From Candidatus Latescibacterota bacterium (GTDB lineage Bacteria; Latescibacterota; UBA2968; GCA-2709665): a stretch of 64,000 bases of DNA. The position numbers and the translations under genes were made by a program. Every line of letters starts with the position of its first letter. Positions within the stretch are counted from its first letter, which is position 1. The notes under the pieces are model-generated. The model had not been told where the DNA came from, did not search any database, and saw nothing but the letters and a program-made list of their open reading frames with translations. Below, one piece after another: positions 41,393 through 51,019 of this stretch. The DNA lies in the NCBI GenBank assembly GCA_963667175.2, contig CAXXXF010000004.1:288001-352000 (forward strand), written 5' to 3'.

Positions 41393-41658
41393 AAAGAAAT
41401 CCGGAATCTGAACACTTGTCCTGCTCCTGGTTTTTCCTGCATCAGGTTTGGATCCTGTTCCTGGTTTCCAATCCTGTTATTACGGGGAGCACCGTATCGT
41501 TTACATCCTCCCACTCTTCTTTGGTGGGGCCTGGATGTCGACGATTTGTTTCTCCTGAGAATAAATGGAAGCTCACAACTGCTCTTCCTGATCACTGGCC
41601 ACTGCCCACTATTTACTGCTCCTGGTGATAATCCTGCTCAATCCTGCAAATCCTGATC

Positions 41659-44600
41659 CTACTGCGCGAGGATGAAACTGGCCTTCTTCTGTGCCAACTC
41701 GCCACTCTGCATATCGATGACGGTGACGTTCAGATTGTATTTGCCCGCGGGGCGGTTTTCCAGCTCGAGTTCCACGTATTCGACTTCCATGTTATCCTCG
41801 CCCACCATCTCGTACGTCACTTCCAGCTCTTCACGCTTGCCCTTCTTCCACCTTATAAGGCTGGTGATGATACCCAGGGGGCTGAAGCCGCCCTTCTTCG
41901 TGACGGTGTAGGATACCTGGTAGTTCGTCTGCCCGAAATCGTCCTTCGTCAGGTTATAGATTTCGTAGTAGACGAATACATTCTGTCCTACCCTGTAGGT
42001 CCGCGTCGGCATCGGAATGACCCACAGTGTGCCCTTGTTGAATTTATCCTCCTCCTTGCGGCTGGATATCCGCCACGCCAGTTCCAGGTCGCTCACCTGG
42101 AGACTGTGCCGTTCATAGGACTCGATTTCAATGTCCTGACGATACCGCCCGTGCTGAACGGACAGATTGTCCTTTATCTTCACTTCCATCCTGTAACGCC
42201 CGGGGGGCACGTCCAACCGCGCGAGGTCCGGCACGAACGCGCTGCGTTCCGCGGTCACGTCCCCCTTGGCCGCGAATTGTACCTTGTCCTCGCTCCGGTA
42301 GACCGCTCCGGTTGCCGGATTCCGTAGCGCCACGGTCCGGTCGACCATAATTTCCGTCCGGTCGTCATCGATCATATAGTGCCCCTGGCGCCGCGGTATC
42401 CCCACGTAGACCTCCAGCGCGGTCCGGAAATCCCTTTCACTCCTGAAGTCAGCCGAGTTGAAATAGAATTCCATCGGTAGCGTGTTTTTCGGCCGCACGA
42501 AGTAGTTCGGATGCGCCGCGGCGGCCATGCGGTAGATATTGCGGGGGCTGTAGCGGGTAAACATGGCCAGCCGGCGGGCGGGAATCCCGGCATCCAGCGG
42601 TTCAGGCGCATAGTTGTAGTTTCCGTTGCTGAACTCGTCGGTGAAGGTAATCTCGATGCCGCTGCCCACGTCGACGTACGTCCACGTTTCCCACGGGACC
42701 ATCGAGCCGTCGTAGGTCGCCGTGACCGGTCTGTAGGACCCCCCCGGACCCCTGCCGCCCAGGCTGCGCACGGGGTAGACCGGACCGACGAACGTTGAGC
42801 TGGCGCCGCGAAGGCCGATTCCACGGCGCGGCGGGCGCGCAGCCCCGTAGAGCGTCCTGGAAAGACGTTCCTTGACCCGCTGAACCGCCATGGATTGCTG
42901 GAAGTTCAACTCTTTGGAGGTGGAGCGGTGATCGGGTTCGCCGAAGCGGATGTAGACCTCGCCGCGCTGGTCCCAGGGCTCCCTGCCTTCGGAGAAATTC
43001 TGCATGGCGAACGACACCCGCCGATAATGCTCCAGGAGGCGCTCGTTGGCGGCCGTGGTCAGGTCCGGGTCCTGGTCCGCCCAGAACTTCCTCACAAAGT
43101 CCCATTGTTCTTCCGGCGGTGTCTGTTCGAAGGCCGCCAGCGTCTCCTTGGGCGCAACCAGCCGGATATCGTGGTAGTGCCCCTTCTCGGCCGCATCGGC
43201 CCCTTCGAGAAAGTCTCTGAAGAAGGCGGCGGCCCTGTCGTACGCCTCCAGCTTCATGCAGGCCTGGGCGAGGATTGGCAAGACCTGGTCGTCGTCCGGA
43301 TTCTGTACGGCGTAATCCTCCAGGACTTCCAGGATGCGGCCGTAGTCCTTCGTTCTCAGGTAAATCGATCCCAGCCGCTTGCGCCCCTCCGGGTCGCCGG
43401 GCCGCAAGCCCATATACTTCGCATAGTAGAGCGCGGCTTTCTCGTAGTTTTTCTCGAATTCCTCCACCCATTTCCCCATCAGAAGATAGGCGGGCGCGTA
43501 GCGGGGGTCAATTGCCAGTACTTTTTTGACTTCCCGCCGTACGTCGTGTTCGTCCAGTTTGTACCGGATATCGGCAATATTGAACCTTGCTTCCACGTGG
43601 CGCCGGTCGTACTGGAGGGCTTTCTGGAAATAGCGGATGGCGTCGTAATTTCCCCTGGGCCACTTGCGGAAGGTGAGACCCAGGCCGAAGTAGGCCTCGG
43701 CCAGCGTGTGGTCGCATTCGATCGCGCGTTCGAATGACTTGACGGCGCGCTCCAGCCTCTCCGCCTCCAGATAGGCGAACCCGAGCCTGCTGTGCCCGCG
43801 GGCGTAATCCTGAGCCACGCCGGCCAGGATTTCAAGGGTGGAGATCGCCCGCAGCGGCTCATGCGGGGTGAGTTCAGTGCCGAGGTAGAGGAGGGAGTCG
43901 ATCTGCGCCTTGCCCACGCGCCGGTCGACGGTGCGATATCCCGCGCTGCTGCGGACGGCTTCAACCAGGGTACCGTCGTGGAAGAAACTGGTGACAACGG
44001 CTTCGCCGTCCTCGGCTTCCGGGCGGTATCCGTGCGTGTAGCTGATCCGGCGGCCTTTTTCAGGGTCTATCGCCGAGCGAAACAGGGTCTTCAGAACGGT
44101 CGAGTCCGCCGGTGTGAGCGTATGGGTTTCAATCCAGTCCCTGAGCGTCGCCAGGTCGGTCGGCCGCTGGTTTTCGTGGGCATTCTCGTATGCATGGAGG
44201 GCGTCGCCAATGACGGTCAGATGGTCCCGGCAGACCCAGCGGGCGCCGGGCGTTGCTGCGGCTTGCGGCGCCATCGCGGCCAGCGCCCCCGCGTAGGACA
44301 GGACCGGCTCTTCGTAGAGCCCGTACTCTTCAAATCTGAGAGGCAGGGCCGCCCACGCCCGGGAGGCTTTCCGGTAACGCTTTACCGCCGATCGGAATTC
44401 CCAGCGGTGCACGGTGGTGTAGGCCAGGGCCGAGGCGTTGAATGCCGTCGCAACGCCCCACAGCACGGCCTTGGCGGCCGAACTCGGGCGCGGCGCGTTT
44501 CGGGTCGCCACGACCGGCGGCGTTACCGGTTCCGCCTCGAAGTCCGTCTTCGAACGCGCGATCGATCCGTCCAGAACGGAGATCTCCCAGACACCCGATT

Positions 44601-44964
44601 CGACCAGCGGCAAGGACCTGTTCGGGAGCATGGTAAGCGTATGCAGGGGGACCTTTAAGGCAGTCTCCTGAAAGCGAAGACGTTCCCCGTACGCAACCCA
44701 CGCCAGTCGCCCTGGCTGGCCGGGAAAGGTGCCGAGGTGGCGAGGCTGGCTTCCACGGGTTTCGACCCATATTTCGGTTATGGCGGAGGAACCGGTTTCC
44801 AGCCCGATCGCCCACGCGGTATGCCCCCCGCTGGAGACCGATATCGCGGTTTGACGAACTTCCGCATCGAGGCCCCGGGAGGGGAAGAATGCGAACACGG
44901 CCGCGGTCGAAAACAGGATCAACGCCTGGCGTCTCGCACGCACGGATTGGCTACGCGGTCTCAT
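41659..44964 (-). CDS. Secreted TPR / GWxTD-type protein
   Basis: TPRs, FWADQDP..NERLLEHYRRV, PWDQRGEVYIRFGEPD, VFVYYEIYNL; start uncertain (frame open to 45069). Confidence 0.85.
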   Translation of the reverse strand: MRPRSQSVRARRQALILFSTAAVFAFFPSRGLDAEVRQTAISVSSGGHTAWAIGLETGSSAITEIWVETRGSQPRHLGTFPGQPGRLAWVAYGERLRFQETALKVPLHTLTMLPNRSLPLVESGVWEISVLDGSIARSKTDFEAEPVTPPVVATRNAPRPSSAAKAVLWGVATAFNASALAYTTVHRWEFRSAVKRYRKASRAWAALPLRFEEYGLYEEPVLSYAGALAAMAPQAAATPGARWVCRDHLTVIGDALHAYENAHENQRPTDLATLRDWIETHTLTPADSTVLKTLFRSAIDPEKGRRISYTHGYRPEAEDGEAVVTSFFHDGTLVEAVRSSAGYRTVDRRVGKAQIDSLLYLGTELTPHEPLRAISTLEILAGVAQDYARGHSRLGFAYLEAERLERAVKSFERAIECDHTLAEAYFGLGLTFRKWPRGNYDAIRYFQKALQYDRRHVEARFNIADIRYKLDEHDVRREVKKVLAIDPRYAPAYLLMGKWVEEFEKNYEKAALYYAKYMGLRPGDPEGRKRLGSIYLRTKDYGRILEVLEDYAVQNPDDDQVLPILAQACMKLEAYDRAAAFFRDFLEGADAAEKGHYHDIRLVAPKETLAAFEQTPPEEQWDFVRKFWADQDPDLTTAANERLLEHYRRVSFAMQNFSEGREPWDQRGEVYIRFGEPDHRSTSKELNFQQSMAVQRVKERLSRTLYGAARPPRRGIGLRGASSTFVGPVYPVRSLGGRGPGGSYRPVTATYDGSMVPWETWTYVDVGSGIEITFTDEFSNGNYNYAPEPLDAGIPARRLAMFTRYSPRNIYRMAAAAHPNYFVRPKNTLPMEFYFNSADFRSERDFRTALEVYVGIPRRQGHYMIDDDRTEIMVDRTVALRNPATGAVYRSEDKVQFAAKGDVTAERSAFVPDLARLDVPPGRYRMEVKIKDNLSVQHGRYRQDIEIESYERHSLQVSDLELAWRISSRKEEDKFNKGTLWVIPMPTRTYRVGQNVFVYYEIYNLTKDDFGQTNYQVSYTVTKKGGFSPLGIITSLIRWKKGKREELEVTYEMVGEDNMEVEYVELELENRPAGKYNLNVTVIDMQSGELAQKKASFILAQ

Positions 44965-45232
44965 GGCCTGAACCTCACCTGGATCGAACAGTCGTGTTGC
45001 CGCTGTTCCGCTTCTTCGCCGTACCCCGTTCCGATTCAGCATGTTATGCGATTTTTCACAGCGGAGCAAGCATTTCCCGAAACGTGATCTTCCAGAATGT
45101 CATTCTGAGCGCTACGAAGAATCTCCCGTCGTCTCTCTTGTCCGTAACGCAACAACGCGCTAAGCACATTTGCGCGGACACATCAATGGCATGACGCGAT
45201 GCGGGCAGACAGGAATGTCTGCCTGCCTCCCG

Positions 45233-46322
45233 TTACGGCTTGTAGACCAGCACTTCATCCGTCGAAACCAGATCCTTCAGGCCGCCGGAAAACATGACCC
45301 GGCCGTCGCTGAGCGGCGTAACGGTATACAGGATGCGATTCTGACCAATGCTGTGTCCCGTACGTAAGGCAGTACCTGTGGCCGGATCATAAATCGCCGC
45401 GTCTCTGCCGGACAGGATAAACACCTTGCCTGTTGGCAAAAGAAACGCGGCATCGACGGACGGCAGTCCCGTGTCGCCTGCCGGCGCGAACGTCTCCGTC
45501 GCGGGGTCGAAAAATTCGGCCGACGTCACATACTGCACGTCCTCCGAAACGACGTCGTCCCTGCGCCCGCCAATAATCAACACCCGTCCGTCCTGCAGCA
45601 GCATCGCTTTGTGCCGCCATCGCTCGTTATTCAAATCGCCGGCACGTGTAAAGTCACCGGTCGAAGGATCGAAGATTTCACAGATCCTGACCATTTCGGC
45701 GCCATTCGTTCCACCTGCGATCAAAACACGCCCGTCTGACAGCAGGGTCGCCGTGTGGGCGCTACGGGAAGCGATCATCCTCTTGATCGACGAAAACACT
45801 CCCGTGTCCTGGTTGAAAATGGCCGCGTTGCCCTGTCCGTCCGATATGAAGACATCACCATTGAGGAGGAGCGTCAGGTTGTTGCCGGGTCCGAACGACG
45901 GAATGGATGATGCGGCCGTGAATTTCCCTGTTCCCGGATCGAATAATTCGACCGGATGATTGCCCAAACCCATAATCGCGACCCGACCGTCCTGCAACAG
46001 GATTGCCGTGTCCTGCGTGCGGGCCTGCGACATCGTTCCCGTTGTCGACGATTTTCCACTTTCAAGATCGAACAGTTCCGCGCTGTCGTGGTTCATATTC
46101 GCCTGCGAATGGCCTGGTCGATCCGTTTCGGTACCCCCCGGCGATGAGCACCCGGCCGTTCTTCAATTGCACCGCAACGTGCCAGAACCGCGATATGGTC
46201 ATCCTCCCAACGACTTCAAACCCTCCGGGATCGCCCTGAGGATCCGAGGGCGTCGGCGAATCGGCGCCACAAGCGAGGAGACATAGGAAAACCGCCAGTA
46301 CAATCGGAAATCTCCTGGACAT
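45233..46322 (-). pseudogene. Kelch-repeat lipoprotein 5, +1 frameshift (possibly sequencing error)
   Basis: Lipobox LLAC; removing one C from C6 at 46134-39 joins the two ORFs. Confidence 0.8.
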
Positions 46323-46335
46323 CGCATTCCCCTTC

Positions 46336-46431
46336 TCACTCAATCACGCGGAACAACACACCGCGCGACACCACCTCATCGCTATGCACATCTCTAATCC
46401 GCACCGACAGGCGATGCACACCGGCAGCGAT
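46336..46431 (-). pseudogene. C-terminal remnant of a GWxTD gene
   Basis: IAAGVHRLSVRIRDVHSDEVVSRGVLFRVIE* aligns with C-terminus of the 58224 gene (VPAGVHLLSVRLKDMHTGQEAAREALFRVID*). Confidence 0.75.
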
Positions 46432-46535
46432 GGGCCGACCAATTGGGATCCCATCCGGTGACCTCGCCAGATGCCGCGGCGACACGCTGAATGGAGCAGG
46501 CTGTTCCGTTGCGTTAAAATGCCAGATTCAATGGT

Positions 46536-48980
46536 CTATCGAATCGCAAACGATACCGCCGACGTTGCTTTGCTGCCTGCGATCTCATCCGATACGTTGA
46601 CGATCAACAACTGGCGCCCCGGGTCCGTATTCGACATATTCAGTTCCAGGTAACCGTGCTCGTCGGCTTTGTCTCCCTCGTGCGCGTATTCCACGCTCAC
46701 AACCTCCGCTTTCCTGTCAATGCCGACCAACCTTCCGACCGCCTTCAATGTTCTGACCGCAATATTTCCCCTATTGAGCGAATGCAGGTCGTACGATACG
46801 CGATACTTTGTCCGGCCGAATTCATCCTTTTCCAGGTTATATACCTCATAATAGACGAACACGGGCTGCACAGACAGATAGAAGAGGCTCGGATTGGGCA
46901 CGACTTCGATCTTTCCTTTTGCAAATTTACTTCCGCGGCTGGGGCGGATCAGCGCCGCCATTTCGATATCGCTCAACCTGAGTGAATCGTCGCCGAATGC
47001 GGATAGAATCACCTCCCGGTTATAAACCTGGGATTTGTCCGACGACGCGTCAAGAATCTGGACCGACAGCCGGTAGGTACCCGGCGCCACCGAAAGCCGG
47101 TCCATCTCCGGTACAAATGCGAGTTGCGTGGTGTCCACCGTTCCCGACGCGTATAACTCCATATCCTCACTCGACCGATACACCGGCACGTTGTCCTCGT
47201 CGTACAGCACCAGGCCTCGTTTCAGGTAAGCCGTGTGCCTCCCATCCGATGCCGCCGAATAGCTCAGGTCTCGCGTTGGAATGCCGAAATAGACCTCCAG
47301 CGCGGGTCCTCCCTTGCCCTTGAACCTTGCCACGTCGAAAAAGAAGTCCAGCGGCGCCGTAGCGAAATCCTGCTCGTACACCTCCGGCGTCTTGCGCGCC
47401 ACGCGATGCATCACGATACCGGGATTCATCCGTTGCCAGATCAGATTCGACCTGGTCGCGGTATCGACCGAAGGATTGAGGTTTATGGTTGTTGGTTCGT
47501 CGGTCAACAACGCGGTACCGGGATTTCGCCCCGTGATCTCGTCCACCCAGACCAGAGCGCCGGCATGCGGCATTTCTGCGTACTTGTAAGGACCCGGCGT
47601 GTACTCCTGTGCGAACGTGACTTCAACGCCGCCCCCGACTCTCGTGTAGATCCAATATTCCCAGACCCCTCGAACCGGGTAGACCGGATAACCCAGAATA
47701 GTGGATAAAGTCTCCTGGTCATCCATGCCTCTCTCAGTGCCTCCGTCCATATCCCTGTAAAAGGTGACCATGCGCCGACTCAGAAGGAGGTGCGCCAGGG
47801 CTTCCCCGGCCTGGTTCATCAGCCGGTCCTTCACCGCCAGAACCCCGGGATCGGTCTCAAAGCGGATGTTCTCGGATGAGCTGATATGGGCAGGTCTGCC
47901 GTAACGCACGTACACCTCCCCACGCACGTCCCAGGGATACTTGTGCTCGCCGAAATGCTCCCGCGCATACGCGACTCGGCGACAGTGCTCGATCCATCGC
48001 TCGTTGGCCGGCGTTACCGGCGCAGGGTCGCGTCCGGCCCAGAACGCTTCCGATAGCGCCTTTCGATCCCCTTCAGACGCGGCCTCGAAACGCGCGAGTT
48101 CGTCGCCGATCGCCACCAGACTCAAGTCGTAATACACCGCCTGTTCTTCCGGCGTCAGCCCCTCGACGTAGGCGTCCAGCGGCGCGTCCGCAAGGTCGTG
48201 GTCTCTGGCGGTCTGATGCACCTCCGCCATTTCCAGCAGCGCCCGCCGTTGATAGGCATTCGGCGTAACCGCAACCGGCTTCAGCTGGGTCAGCGCCTCG
48301 TCCGTCCGCCCGGACTCCTTCAATGTCCGGCCGAGATACGTCCGCGCGCCGAAGTGTTGGGGATTCACCTCAAGCTGCCGCCGGTACGCCGCTTCCGCCT
48401 TCTGAGCGTTCCGATACCTGCCCGCCTCGCCATACGTATGGATCCGCCCGATCTGAAACCATGCATCCGGATGCCGGGGATCCACTTTCACCAACTTCTG
48501 ATAGGTATCCAGTTCCTTGGTATCGCCAATCGTCCGGTAAACCTGTGCGAGGTTGACGTAGGCCTCGATATATCCGCGGTCCGCCTGGTACGCGCTCCGG
48601 AAATACCTGATCGCCCAATCCAGCATCCTGTCCGTATTCCGGAATACCAGGCCCAGTCCGTTCAGCGCCGGCGCGTAGTTCTTCCGCTTTCGGAGCGCCT
48701 GGCGAAACGCTTTCTCCGCCGCCTTCAGGTCGCCTCTCTTAAGGTGCACGTGGCCCAGCCCCACGTAAGAGGGGAGATGGTCTTTGTTCAGCGTGATTGC
48801 GCGCTCAAATCGAGCAGCCTCGGCGGCCAGTGAATCCCGTTCTGCAAGTTCGATGACCTTTTTATAGAGGGAGTCAATTCTGCCGGCATTTTCTTTCGAC
48901 AAAGCATGCACAGGCGCTTTGGGCGCACACGGGACGATAGCGATTGCGACAGCGGGCAGCCACAACATAACTGATTTCAT
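46536..48980 (-). CDS. Secreted TPR / GWxTD-type protein
   Basis: Signal peptide, TPRs, FWAGRDP..NERWIEHCRRV, PWDVRGEVYVRYGRP, VFVYYEVYNL. Confidence 0.87.
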   Translation of the reverse strand: MKSVMLWLPAVAIAIVPCAPKAPVHALSKENAGRIDSLYKKVIELAERDSLAAEAARFERAITLNKDHLPSYVGLGHVHLKRGDLKAAEKAFRQALRKRKNYAPALNGLGLVFRNTDRMLDWAIRYFRSAYQADRGYIEAYVNLAQVYRTIGDTKELDTYQKLVKVDPRHPDAWFQIGRIHTYGEAGRYRNAQKAEAAYRRQLEVNPQHFGARTYLGRTLKESGRTDEALTQLKPVAVTPNAYQRRALLEMAEVHQTARDHDLADAPLDAYVEGLTPEEQAVYYDLSLVAIGDELARFEAASEGDRKALSEAFWAGRDPAPVTPANERWIEHCRRVAYAREHFGEHKYPWDVRGEVYVRYGRPAHISSSENIRFETDPGVLAVKDRLMNQAGEALAHLLLSRRMVTFYRDMDGGTERGMDDQETLSTILGYPVYPVRGVWEYWIYTRVGGGVEVTFAQEYTPGPYKYAEMPHAGALVWVDEITGRNPGTALLTDEPTTINLNPSVDTATRSNLIWQRMNPGIVMHRVARKTPEVYEQDFATAPLDFFFDVARFKGKGGPALEVYFGIPTRDLSYSAASDGRHTAYLKRGLVLYDEDNVPVYRSSEDMELYASGTVDTTQLAFVPEMDRLSVAPGTYRLSVQILDASSDKSQVYNREVILSAFGDDSLRLSDIEMAALIRPSRGSKFAKGKIEVVPNPSLFYLSVQPVFVYYEVYNLEKDEFGRTKYRVSYDLHSLNRGNIAVRTLKAVGRLVGIDRKAEVVSVEYAHEGDKADEHGYLELNMSNTDPGRQLLIVNVSDEIAGSKATSAVSFAIR

Positions 48981-49080
48981 GCAGAGGCCCTTCTGAGCGA
49001 AGGAGAACGCGAGACGCAGCATCGCGGATAAGAGTGGAAGACCTGGGTCAATGAACGCACACGGGCTCTTCATTCGCCAA

Positions 49081-49230
49081 CCCGTCCTTCCCAAAAGACA
49101 CGGGCCAGGCGCCATGGGTTCAAAAAAAGCCCGGACACCCTGTCTTCCGGACTCGTTTCGCGCCTGGGCGATGAACTCTGGGTAACCGGGGGTTATGTCA
49201 CGTCGTTGCGCAACATCGTTCCTGCTCCCT
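49081..49230 (-). promoter_or_regulatory. Conserved leader copy 1: uORF MLRNDVT* (49193-49216) plus intrinsic terminator (49122-49152)
   Basis: Homologous to 60714-60865; stem GTCCGGA..TCCGGGC followed by T7. Confidence 0.6.
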
Positions 49231-49382
49231 GGCGAGCGTGCAGCAAACTGACAGTTCGCTCTACCAGATCAAGCGTACTCATCACTGAATCGCGCTCCGT
49301 TGCATCGTAGGGACACCCCTTGTGGGCCTGCCTGCCAAAGCGTCACTGGCAGGCGCAGGCAGGCCCCACCCTAACAACGGCA

Positions 49383-50915
49383 TCACACCGGATCGGACGC
49401 GGCATTTCCATAATGCGCCTGCAAAGCCCGTTCCATAGCTTCAATTTCCTCATCCGCAAGACGGCCAAAATGGCTGGCTCGTTTTCGTGCGGAGAGGCGG
49501 CCGCTGTTCTGAATACAGAAGCGAACGAAGAGATCGATCTGTCGATCCGGCATATCGACGATGTTCTGTATCGCTTGTTTGGTCGCATCGAAGTTTTGCA
49601 GAAAGGAAAGTTCGCTGGAAAGTTCGGTATCGATCGTCCGACCGATAAATCGAAAAAGCGCCTCCGCCTGGGGGGTCAGGTCGATGTAACGGTACCAGAC
49701 AGCCGTCTCGTTGTGCACAGCCAGCCTTCCGTGCTGGTCGATCGTATATTCCACCAGCGGCATGAGATTCCGTGAGAACGCGCTTAGTGAAGCGTCATAG
49801 TCGGCTGGATTCTTCAACATGAACGCTGAAATGGGAAACATGACGCTTTCGGGAGTAAAGCCTCGACGCGCAAGAATATTGTGGATCAAAAACCGGTGGA
49901 TTCGACCGTTGCCATCCTCGAAGGGGTGAAGAAAGACGAACCCGTAGGCGATGGCGGCAGCCTGAATCACGGGCGAAACGTGACCGGATTCCATGCGGCT
50001 GTGCGCGGTCATCAGGCCTTCCATCAGGTGGGCCAGATCGTCGGGCTTCGGGGCCACAAAGTGGACATGCTCGCGCTGCCAGGCCACGCTTTGACCGACG
50101 TAATTCTGCGTGATTCGATAGTCGTTGTCGCGGAACCGGGCGTCGACGATGCGGTTCTGCAACTCGACCAGCCGTGGTTTTCGACAAAAATCCTCCTGCT
50201 CAGCCAATTGGAGCAGGGCCACGAAGCGTTCGGTTCGCGTGGAGGTCGGGTTGATTCGCTCGATTTCAAATGAGGATTTCGTTTCCTTTGTATACAGATA
50301 ACTCAATGCGCGCTTCAACAATTCAGGCGAGTAGCGAGAGACCACTTGCCGGCATCTTCTGTGCAACCGGTCCATTTCCACGTTGCGAAGGGTGTCGGTA
50401 CGACGAATTGTCGGACAGAATCGCGGTTCACCCGGCAGGTTGTCATTGATCCGTTGACGGCGGACCGGCCGACCCGGCTTCACTGTAAAATAGGCATCCG
50501 GATTGAGGAGGTGGATGTAGTTTCCACGCTTCAGGTCAACCAGCGGGAGTGTCCTTCCGGTCAGGAATTCATACAGAAACCACAATCGTCTGGCATACTT
50601 GCCGGTCGGTTTGGAGCGGAAGTATTCGAGAAGCTTGTCCTCTGGAATTGCCTCGAACAACGCGGCGAGAATCGCGAGATTTGTGCCGTCGTATTTGAGA
50701 GCGAATCTCAGATGGTCGACCGGTGCGTTTCCGGGCCAGTAACGGGGTGGATAGACTTCCGTTACGGCGTCTCCATGGTAATCGATCCTGCGGGTTCCGC
50801 TTGTGGCCACGAGGGACGTGTGCCAATTCGGAATGACGTCAAGATCGTACTGCTCTATCAGAGCGGCATACCCCGCCAGTCTGTGTTTTACTTGAATTCG
50901 ATCTTGTTCAGCCAT
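49383..50915 (-). CDS. Fic family protein
   Basis: HPFEDGNGRIHR; ETKSSFEIE. Confidence 0.93.
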   Translation of the reverse strand: MAEQDRIQVKHRLAGYAALIEQYDLDVIPNWHTSLVATSGTRRIDYHGDAVTEVYPPRYWPGNAPVDHLRFALKYDGTNLAILAALFEAIPEDKLLEYFRSKPTGKYARRLWFLYEFLTGRTLPLVDLKRGNYIHLLNPDAYFTVKPGRPVRRQRINDNLPGEPRFCPTIRRTDTLRNVEMDRLHRRCRQVVSRYSPELLKRALSYLYTKETKSSFEIERINPTSTRTERFVALLQLAEQEDFCRKPRLVELQNRIVDARFRDNDYRITQNYVGQSVAWQREHVHFVAPKPDDLAHLMEGLMTAHSRMESGHVSPVIQAAAIAYGFVFLHPFEDGNGRIHRFLIHNILARRGFTPESVMFPISAFMLKNPADYDASLSAFSRNLMPLVEYTIDQHGRLAVHNETAVWYRYIDLTPQAEALFRFIGRTIDTELSSELSFLQNFDATKQAIQNIVDMPDRQIDLFVRFCIQNSGRLSARKRASHFGRLADEEIEAMERALQAHYGNAASDPV

Positions 50916-51019
50916 TGTGCATCCTGGGAAAAGAGTTATCGCCTGAGAATTATAGTTATATTTTGACAAAATTCAAGAAAAACAGTTATGTCCCTTTGAT
51001 TCAAAAAAACCAGAACTCA

